Below are positions 20,797 to 28,910 of a DNA stretch of 64,000 bases, piece by piece. The DNA comes from Hyaloraphidium curvatum SAG 235-1 (lineage: Eukaryota; Fungi; Monoblepharomycota): assembly GCA_025558095.1 (NCBI GenBank), contig JAIVFI010000039.1, forward strand, positions 124,001-188,000, given 5' to 3'. Below the pieces are notes generated by a model. That model did no database searches and was not told the DNA's origin. It was given only the letters and a program-made list of their open reading frames with translations. Numbering within the stretch: the stretch's first letter is position 1; the number at the start of each line of letters is the position of its first letter. Both the position numbers and the translations under genes were made by a program.

Positions 20797-21966
20797 ATGC
20801 TGGCGCGGCTGACGCCAGCGACGCGTACGTTGCTTCCTCTGCGCCACGGGCGCGTGCCCGGGCGGGCTACTTTCGCGTCCGCCGCGGCGTCGCTCCCTCC
20901 GGCGCACGGCGCTCCCATCGCCGTCGTCGGCGGCTCGGGCTTCGTCGGCCGCAACATTATCCGTCTGCTCAAGGAAAGCGGCCAAACAGAGGTCGTGAAT
21001 GTCGATCTCGCTCCGCCTCCGGGCCCGTACGCTGCCGATGCCCCGCTCGTCAGGGCGGACGTTACGGACCCGAGCTCTATCACGGCAGCCCTTGCAAGGC
21101 AGCCCGGCGAGAAGCCTTTCGGAGCCGTGTTCCACGTCGCTGCATATCTTTCATTCATGGACCGGTTTCCGTCGGAGCTTCCCAAGTCAATGGCGATCAA
21201 CGTCGGAGGGACCAAGAACGTCATCCAAGCCTGCAGGGACCTGAACATACCGTACCTCGTGCAGACGAGCACTTCGAACGTCTGCGTCGGCCTCGACATC
21301 TGCCCGGTCATTGACGGAGACGAATCGACGCCCTACACGGAGAAGCCCGTGAACCACTATTCTCTTTCGAAGGTGGAAGCGGAGAAGGCCACATTGGCAG
21401 CCGACGGCGCCTCCCTCGCTTCCGGCAACGGCACCCTCGCCACTGTTTCGATCCGCCCGACCTCGAGCGTGATCGGGTTCCTGGACGGCCTGGCGACGCA
21501 GGCCTACATCAAGACGCGCACCGCGTTCCCGCCCGTGAAGCCCAACAGCATGATGGACTTCGTCCACGTCGAGAACGTTGCCCTGGGCCACCTGCTCGCC
21601 CTGCACGCGCTGCGGTCAGGCGCTCCTGATGTGCGCGGCCGGGCCTTCTTCGTCTCCAACGACGAGCCCATGCCGTACCCCGAGTACTTCGATCTGCTCT
21701 CGTCCCGCATCCCTTCGTTCAGGGTGCTCAACCCGCGGATGATCTACCCGCTGTACGCCCTTTCCGACGCCGTCAGGCGGTTCGGGGGCCGGCTGCCCGG
21801 GGACGTGGGGATGTTGAGCCTCGCGGTTTGGCAGCTCTCGAATCTCGAGTACACTTTTAGCTGCGCGAGGGCCAAGAGCGCTCTCGGATACAAGCCGAGA
21901 CTGAGCGTCGCCGAGGCCTTGGATCGGACCATGGGGCAGTACAGGGAGGCCGGGATGCTGGCCTAA
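20797..21966 (+). CDS. 3-beta-hydroxysteroid dehydrogenase/NSDHL-like extended SDR, tandem copy 2
   Basis: Same motifs as the upstream copy and colinear with it, with high similarity. Confidence 0.85.
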   Translation: MLARLTPATRTLLPLRHGRVPGRATFASAAASLPPAHGAPIAVVGGSGFVGRNIIRLLKESGQTEVVNVDLAPPPGPYAADAPLVRADVTDPSSITAALARQPGEKPFGAVFHVAAYLSFMDRFPSELPKSMAINVGGTKNVIQACRDLNIPYLVQTSTSNVCVGLDICPVIDGDESTPYTEKPVNHYSLSKVEAEKATLAADGASLASGNGTLATVSIRPTSSVIGFLDGLATQAYIKTRTAFPPVKPNSMMDFVHVENVALGHLLALHALRSGAPDVRGRAFFVSNDEPMPYPEYFDLLSSRIPSFRVLNPRMIYPLYALSDAVRRFGGRLPGDVGMLSLAVWQLSNLEYTFSCARAKSALGYKPRLSVAEALDRTMGQYREAGMLA

Positions 21967-22068
21967 TTCGGCGTGCAGGGGGTTTCGCGGGAGCCCTTGA
22001 AAAGACGGACGTGCGATCACACTCAAAGTGTAGTGCACGGGACAGCATACATGGCCTGCGAGCGTGCA

Positions 22069-22854
22069 TTACCCGACGTTCCCCGTGCAGGCCTGCTGCA
22101 GCGTCACGTACGTCCCCGCTCCCCTCAGCACGCTCCACAGCCCGATGCCGACGGTGAACAGGGTGACCAGCACCGTCCGCACGACGCCGAACCCGACGGG
22201 GTAGCCCATAAACCTGGCCCTGTACGCATCCACGTCGCAGAAGGAGGCAAGGACGGCCTCGGCGGCGTGGAGGGTGCGCGCTGCCGCCTTGCGGTCCGGG
22301 GAGGTGGCGTTGGCGACGGCCGGATCCGAGAGCGAGACGCGGATCTCGAGGCGGGCTGTGCGGTAGAGGTCGCGGATGGAGGAGATGCCGGCGTTGGAAG
22401 CGGCGTGGTTGACAAGGTCGATGAGCCCGTGCTGGAGCGTAGCCTTGTACGATGTCCACCACATGCTCCCGAGCGTGACCCACGCGCCAAGGAGCAGACC
22501 CGTTACCGTCCCGGTCACGAGCTCCGCCCGTGCAAATTCCGCGCCTCTAAGCGTCCAGACGCCGGTCCAGGCGAGCACCGAGACCACGAACAAGGCAGCG
22601 AGGAAGAAGAGCGCGAAGCCGATCGGCAGCGTGGCCCACAACTGCACGCGCAGGAGCGCACCCAGAGTCGGGCTGACGTCGCGCAGCACCCGCAGCATCC
22701 TCTCGCGCGTCAGGGGCCGCGCGGCCCGCAGCGACTCGGCGCGGTCCAGCGGAGGCTCGGCGGTGCCCAGCGCGGGTGGAACATTCGGGAACGCGGGAAA
22801 CAGGGCCAACCAGTCCGCCTCCGACAGCTCCAGAGTCGGAGGCACGTTTAGCAT
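22069..22854 (-). CDS. 7TM receptor-like family copy 3, an internally deleted mini form (261 aa)
   Basis: N-terminal DWLALFP and two TM helices fused in frame to IDLVNHAASN...RARFMGYPVGFGVVRTVLVTLFTVGIGLWSVLRG...TLQQAC. The CPC loop and TM3-5 are absent. Confidence 0.7.
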   Translation of the reverse strand: MLNVPPTLELSEADWLALFPAFPNVPPALGTAEPPLDRAESLRAARPLTRERMLRVLRDVSPTLGALLRVQLWATLPIGFALFFLAALFVVSVLAWTGVWTLRGAEFARAELVTGTVTGLLLGAWVTLGSMWWTSYKATLQHGLIDLVNHAASNAGISSIRDLYRTARLEIRVSLSDPAVANATSPDRKAAARTLHAAEAVLASFCDVDAYRARFMGYPVGFGVVRTVLVTLFTVGIGLWSVLRGAGTYVTLQQACTGNVG

Positions 22855-23090
22855 CGTGTATTGCCGGGAAACGGTCTGCCGCTGCCCGTCCGACGGAGTT
22901 CCAGAAAGATGGCGGCAGTCCCTAGAATTGTCCCCCGCCTCCAGGTTCGGATCCAGCCCACTCACGGGCGTGGAACGGGACCGTTCCTCTCTCTGCGTCT
23001 GCAAGGCGGCGCAGAGCTCGATTCTTCCCGCACTCCCGTCCAGCGCCGTGAACCGCGGCAGACACGTCAACGCAGCGACCGAAGGCCTAG

Positions 23091-24545
23091 ATGTCCTCAA
23101 CAAAGCCTGGAGACGCCCCTGCGGCACCGCTCTCGCTTTCTCAGCGCGAATTTCTGGCGCTTTTTCCCGTGTCGCCTGGCGCCGGAGGCCCTCTCGACCC
23201 CATTCCGCATGACCCCGCCGCGGAGCTGCGCGAGTCGGACCCGCTTTCGCGCAGTGCGCTGCTCGACGCGCTCTCGCCGGCACCGCTTCTCGCCTTCTTC
23301 GTTCGTGCGCAGCTCTTTTCGCGGTATGCGGCGCGATTCGTTCGTTGGCGCGGCGCCGTCATGATTGGTCTCGGATGGGCCCTTCTGTCGGTTCAGTGGG
23401 TCGCAAACGACGGCCGTTTCACGGCTCTAGAACTTGCTTTTGGCACTGCTTCAACGGCATCCTTCGGTGCTATGTGCCTCGTGCTGTACTTTGCGAGCCA
23501 TGCTTTTGTTTCGCGCCTCTCCGTGCCCAGGGACATGTCGCACCACCCTCTTGCCGCTTTTGCGCGGGTTGCGCAGCTTCGGAGGGATCAGCCGGATTCG
23601 ATCCTCATTCAGCATGACGATACCGACGCGCTGTGTCCCTGTGCGGCCCCTGCTTGTGCGGGTGGCCTTCTTGCCCGAGCTTCCCTACTGCGAGCTCTGG
23701 AGTTTGCTGCTCGTTTCAGCCTCATCAACTTGTACTTCATGAGCTTCTTTCTGTGGATGCCCGCTGTGACTTTCGCTTCTTTCACTTGGACGACCCCTTG
23801 GGCGGCCACCATTTGTGCATTTGGTATCGCAGCAGTGCTTGAACTCAACCTTGGCAACATTCTTGCTGCCTCGCCTCAGAATCTTGCCGGGCTGCAGCTC
23901 AGTCTCCGCTTGCACAACCGTGCATGCACGCTTGCCATTCGCGACCTTGAGTTGCGTTGCACCGCCCTTCTACATGAGCAGACAGGCATCTGCGATGTTT
24001 CTACGGACAAGATAGCCACTTCAAACGAGCTTTACGTCGTGCTCCACGATCTGATGGTTCCCACCTGGAGGAGCCGCATCCGGTTGCTTGCATTCGGATC
24101 ACCGACCCTCTGGTTCACGTATTTCTTTACCCCCATTTGGTTCATCGCCTTCATTGCCCTGGGCAACTGCATACCGTTCAGCACTATTGCCGGCGTGCTC
24201 TACCATCTCCTTTTGTTCGCCATCGACCTCGCCAACTTTGCCGCCAGCAACTCGCACATCTTCGTCATTAACAACCTGTACCTTTCGGCGCAGGCCAAGC
24301 TCCTCCGCCTGCGGCACGACGCGGATTCCCGCGCCGCGCGCAGGGAGACCGGCGACCACGCCGCCATCTTTGCGTCCTTTACCGCCAACTCGGAAAGCTC
24401 GCTGGCCCGCTTCCTCGGATTCCCGGTCTCGCCTTCGGGGGCACGGAGCGCGGTGGCGACGCTGCTGACCGTTGCGGTCGGCCTGTGGAGTGTGCTGAGA
24501 GGCACAGGGGTCAGGGTGACGATGAACACGACGTGCGGAGGCTAA
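23091..24545 (+). CDS. 7TM receptor-like family copy 4 (intact, intronless, 484 aa, lower GC)
   Basis: Motifs FLALFP, NDGRF, HDDTDALCPCAAPACA, LYVVLH, GNCIP, DLANFAASN and ARFLGFPV...TLLTVAVGLWSVLRG. Confidence 0.8.
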   Translation: MSSTKPGDAPAAPLSLSQREFLALFPVSPGAGGPLDPIPHDPAAELRESDPLSRSALLDALSPAPLLAFFVRAQLFSRYAARFVRWRGAVMIGLGWALLSVQWVANDGRFTALELAFGTASTASFGAMCLVLYFASHAFVSRLSVPRDMSHHPLAAFARVAQLRRDQPDSILIQHDDTDALCPCAAPACAGGLLARASLLRALEFAARFSLINLYFMSFFLWMPAVTFASFTWTTPWAATICAFGIAAVLELNLGNILAASPQNLAGLQLSLRLHNRACTLAIRDLELRCTALLHEQTGICDVSTDKIATSNELYVVLHDLMVPTWRSRIRLLAFGSPTLWFTYFFTPIWFIAFIALGNCIPFSTIAGVLYHLLLFAIDLANFAASNSHIFVINNLYLSAQAKLLRLRHDADSRAARRETGDHAAIFASFTANSESSLARFLGFPVSPSGARSAVATLLTVAVGLWSVLRGTGVRVTMNTTCGG

Positions 24546-24650
24546 TTGAATGTACTAGTAGTCGCTTTACATCCTTTTTGACATGCCGTTCCAATGGGCG
24601 ACCTCTCCGTCCTTTCTCGGTCGTCGCAGGTCCTTCCAATCTGTAATCTT

Positions 24651-26155
24651 TCAACTCAGGCATACAGTATCCAACACAGCCGTTACCCCAAAGCCTCGCG
24701 CCAAACCCCACGCCGCAAACGCTACAGTCAGCATTGACACAACGAGCCCCCTCAACGATCCGAAGCTGACCACGATACCGAGAAACCTCCGCCTGGGGGC
24801 ACGTGCCTCGCCCAAGTACCGTTCCAAGGCTGCAGAGTGGGCAGCGAGATGGAGAGCTACAGGTGGCGCGGGGTTGGAGGGGGGGAAAGCAGCCACGAGA
24901 AGATCACGGGTTGAGGTCAGGGCGGTGGAGTAGAGGTCGCTGAGAGCCGTGACTTCGGCGTTTGCGGTGGCGGCGCGCCAGAGATCGCGAAGGAGGACGT
25001 ACAGGAATTGGGAAAGGTTAACCAACGTCCAGGCTGGAACGCAGCTCCCGATGATCTGCCAGTGGGCGGTACATAGTGAATTAGGGAACCGTGCTCCGCA
25101 AGTTTGCGGGTAGGACGTCGATCAAATCAACGCTACACACTCACAATGCTGCTCGTCATCAGGGTGACGAGGAATGCGATGAATACCGGGTCCAAAAAAG
25201 GAATGTTGTAGTACGCGAAATCATGAGACCACCTCTGGCGCATCTCGGCATGTAGCTGCATGTAAGGTTCCTCGGCGAAGCCCCAGATCTCCTCTGCGGT
25301 TTCAAAGGGTTTCCCGTGACGCACAGCCATCCGGGCACGGTCGAGAAACACGACGAGTGCACGGCGCATGAGCCTTCTACGCACTCGGCCTTCCAGCCTG
25401 ATAAGAGCAAAGGCCGGTGGCGGAAGTAGAAGGGTTCCAGTGAGAGCTGCACAACATTCGCAACTGGTGGATCAGAGGCGGGAAGCAGAGCAAATTAGCA
25501 AACAATGCCAAGTCCAAGCTGCAGCCCATCAATCCGGTCTACCCACGGAAGAGCGCTGCGAGGATGGTACTCCATGCGTTGGACCACACCTGCGGGAGCC
25601 CGAAAAGCGGTGTCCACGTCAAGAAGAGGAGGCAAGCGGCAATTAAGCACATCCGAAAGATTCCGTCGAATAGCCAGAAGCAGGCATGTGAAGTCATTAG
25701 CGAGCCAAGAGCATCGCGCACCTGCGCAGGTGCATTCCGGCTCGCTGTCGACGTGGTCCAGCATACTGCGGTCTCCCGATTTGTCCGTGCTCTTCTGAAC
25801 ACAACGAGCCCAGGCCGGCAACAAGGCAAGCTCTGCAATCCACGACTGCACGATGTGGCCCCGAATGGGTCCGGGGTAGAAGTTGCCCCACAAAATGGCC
25901 TGCAGTGCGGCAAGTCTGCTTGGAAAGAGGCCGACCTCCTTTAGGACGACCATCTGGCCCAAAAGGAACAGCAAAGGGACTGAGGAGCAAAAGAGAGCCA
26001 CCAGAACACCCGGCAGCGGGGTCCGACGGGCGCGGCGGCTCCCAAGGCCCGGGCGCGGGCGGCGGCAGCGGGAATGCCGCGGCAAAGTCCGCTGCCGAGA
26101 AGAAGCCGCGCTTTGCCGCGTCGCCAGGCGGCCCCAAGTCGATCATAACGTCCAT
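24651..26155 (-). pseudogene. 7TM receptor-like family copy 5, frameshifted and degenerate
   Basis: Family motifs are spread over different frames: DFAAAFP, HVDSEPECTCAGARC, LTWTP, EPYMQLH, then intron 25056-25144, then GSCVP and RFLGIVVSFGSLRG...LDTVCLS. GC is reduced. Confidence 0.7.
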
Positions 26156-26371
26156 CGTGGGACGAGATTTTCGTAGTCTGCGAACTTCTCAGAAGCATCG
26201 ATCGATCCTGCGAGCCAGCCGGCACGTACAAGCAGTCAGAAAGACTAAGAAAAGGGAGATCGAGATGCCCGTTGTATGCTGTCCTTGTCCAGAGCCTACA
26301 TGTCCACGAAAAGTCTGCTAAGACCGAGCGAAAGCTCCTTGTAAGAATCAATTCCCCTGCTCTTCTTGCCC

Positions 26372-27604
26372 TCAATCGTCGTCCTCGCCCTCCAGGCACT
26401 CCTCCTCCCAGCAGATGTGCGCCACCATCCCCGCGACCTCGGGCGGCAGCCCACCCAGGCACCCCTTCTCGATCCACCTGCCCCACGCCCTGGCGTTCAG
26501 CACGTCCTCCGTGTACCACGACGTGTACCCGACCGCCCCCGTCTTGCCGAGCACCGCCATGCGCACGTGCGGGTCCGAGGCCGGGCAGCCGTGGTGCAGC
26601 AGCAGCCTGACGATGCCCCGTGCGCCGCGCAGGTGCCCCTCCCGCTCGCCGACGAACGCCACGAGCTCGATCGCGCGGGCAAGCGGCGCCGGATGCGCCG
26701 GGATGCGGGGGAGAAGCGCGGCGAGGGAGCGGAAGATCTCGCGGCGGTCGCGGTGGCTGAGGAGCGGGTATCCCGGTTCGGCGTTTGGGAAGAGGAGGAC
26801 GAGGTCGGCGGCGCCGGGGCTGGGAAGACACCAGCCGCGGTCGAGCACGGTGCGGAGCACGTGCGAGTTGGCGTGGTCGAGGACGATCCTGGGCATGCAG
26901 TTGGCGGCAATGGTGCGGCGCTCGGCGTCCGAGATGGAGGGGAGCGAGAGGGCGCGCAGGAACATTGCCGGAACCTCGTCCTCAAAGATCTCGTCGCCGC
27001 GCTCGACGAGCCAGCTAAAGTAGAACTTCTCCGTGGCCGGCGAGGGGGCAAGGCCGAACTCGGCGAGGAGGGGGCGGAGGTGGTCGGGGGCGAGGAAGAA
27101 GTGCGGCACGTCCGCGCCGTGGTCGGCTGGGCGCGGGAAGCCGGGCAACGCGCGCAGACACTCCAGGGCGAGGTCGTACAGGCGGCGGCGCTTCTCCAGG
27201 TCGGCGGGCTTGAAGCTCTCGTCGAACAGGCGCCCGAGGAGCCACGACGTGTCGCGCTCCAGCGCCGCTCGCACGTCCGTCGACACGTCCTCTGGTCCGA
27301 GCAGCCACTCGAGCACGCCGTCAGCCGCGTAGTCCGGCGCCGCCATCGCGATTTGCCCGACGATGTCGTGCGAAAACGCCCCGAGCGCCCTGCGCGACCA
27401 CCGCAGGTAGTCGATGGACCCCGCCGCGCCGGCGACGTATTCCGGGGTGCGAAGGGAGCCCAGCACCGCGGCCTTGGCCCGCAGCCGCTCGGACGTGTGC
27501 GTTTCCGCGGGCGCCGCGTCCAGCATGCGCTGCAGAATGATCGGCTGGTTCAGCGCGGTCCAGGGACTGACCCAACGACAACCGGTGCGGTCTGCGTTGG
27601 CCAT
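26372..27604 (-). CDS. Hypothetical helical-repeat protein (degenerate ankyrin-like) with F-box-like C-terminus
   Basis: Intronless ORF of about 410 aa with motifs VLEWLL, SWLVERG, TVLDRG, IVRLLLHHG and C-terminal LPPEVAGMVAHICW. Confidence 0.55.
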   Translation of the reverse strand: MANADRTGCRWVSPWTALNQPIILQRMLDAAPAETHTSERLRAKAAVLGSLRTPEYVAGAAGSIDYLRWSRRALGAFSHDIVGQIAMAAPDYAADGVLEWLLGPEDVSTDVRAALERDTSWLLGRLFDESFKPADLEKRRRLYDLALECLRALPGFPRPADHGADVPHFFLAPDHLRPLLAEFGLAPSPATEKFYFSWLVERGDEIFEDEVPAMFLRALSLPSISDAERRTIAANCMPRIVLDHANSHVLRTVLDRGWCLPSPGAADLVLLFPNAEPGYPLLSHRDRREIFRSLAALLPRIPAHPAPLARAIELVAFVGEREGHLRGARGIVRLLLHHGCPASDPHVRMAVLGKTGAVGYTSWYTEDVLNARAWGRWIEKGCLGGLPPEVAGMVAHICWEEECLEGEDDD

Positions 27605-27728
27605 GCACGCGGGGTTGCCTCCCGAGAGCTGGCCGGGGGAGCCGCCCACGATCCGAATGAGGAACGAGTAGCTGGAGGAGAGGAGGTTCAGCGGAGCCCG
27701 TCGGAGCACAGTTGTCGTTCACTCGGAT

Positions 27729-28832
27729 TCACCCCTCCGGGTTCGTCCACTCGAAGCACATCCAGTTCCCCCTCGGATTCACCCTCGTCCCCGCGGCGGG
27801 CACTACCCGATGCTCCCCGTCACCCTGCTCGCCCGCGGCGTCTCGACGACGCGCGGCCCACTGCGAAGCGGCGTAGGCGTCTGCGTCCCCGGCGTTTTCG
27901 TCACGCCACTGCGGGCCGGGGCAGGGCTGCCCGCGCGTCCACGCCGTGGCGGTGAACAGGCGGCCGCCGCAGAGCGCCACGGCGCCGGCGTCGTAGGCGA
28001 CGTAGACGAAGTAGCGGTGGTCGAGCGGCGACTGCGCGGCGGCGATCAGAAGAGACATCCATGCCAGAAGATTTCGCTCTCCTTACACTCCATTGCCGAC
28101 AAATCAGCCGGCGGCGTCAAGGCCCCCGGGTCGCCGTTCTGCGAACCCGACGACCTGAACGAATCTGCACTCTCATGCGCGCTCTTCCTGTCCCCTGGTT
28201 TGTCCAGATCACCCGCCTCGGCACCCCCGCAGCGGCCCCGCTCGCCCTGACGATCAACGCGATGCAGAAGGTCAGGTCGCTGACGAGCACGGGCACGGGG
28301 AGCCGCAGCCCGGCGCGGCCGACGGTCGCCGTCAGGACGATCCGCGGGCCGGGGTCGGGCGGGGGATGGAAGCCAAGGCGGATGCGGTATTGCTGTCCCC
28401 GCGCGCGGTGCGTCAGCCGTGTTTCCCGCGGATCGCAAGGAGTACCGACGACAAAGTCCCCACCGGTCTCGGCGTGCGTGGCAATCGACTCGATCCGGGG
28501 CGCTGCCCCGCCCAGCGTGAACTCGGACAGCTCGAGTGCGTCGAGGAAGGCCGGCCGGTTCTCGTCCAGCAGCGCATTGGCCACCGCCGTCACCTTTCTC
28601 CCGATCAGCCCCACCACGTCATCGGGCGCGGGAGCAACGGAGCCCGCGGCGCGGAAACCCAGGGCTCCACCTTCTCCCAATGCACCTGCACCCACGCGTT
28701 GGCCCACTCCGCCGTCTCGCCCTGCCCGGCCCACTTGGCCTCGCGCGCGAGCTGCCTTGCCGCGGCGGCGCGCGCGGCGGCCCAGAGGCCGCAGAGGCGG
28801 CGCTGCCATGCTCTGCGAGCCACGGGAAGCAT
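27729..28832 (-). CDS. SMP (synaptotagmin-like mitochondrial lipid-binding, tricalbin-like) domain protein, multi-exon; gene model uncertain
   Basis: ETAEWANAWVQVHWEKVEPW, RPAFLDALELSEFTLGGAAPRIESI and PVPVLVSDLTF match the SMP start, core and end patterns. The 3' exons are unclear. Confidence 0.55.
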
Positions 28833-28910
28833 AGTGCAATCGCGATGGGCGCGGCGTGGTTCCGCGGTGCGAAAAAGCACCCCGTCATCACGGGTGCACG
28901 CGTCCCAAAC

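Noticed and set aside
3800-26155. The 7TM family as GPCRs or microbial rhodopsins
   Set aside because: There is no cytosolic C-tail, no DRY/NPxxY motif and no TM7 retinal lysine. The loop-length pattern fits the inverted topology better.
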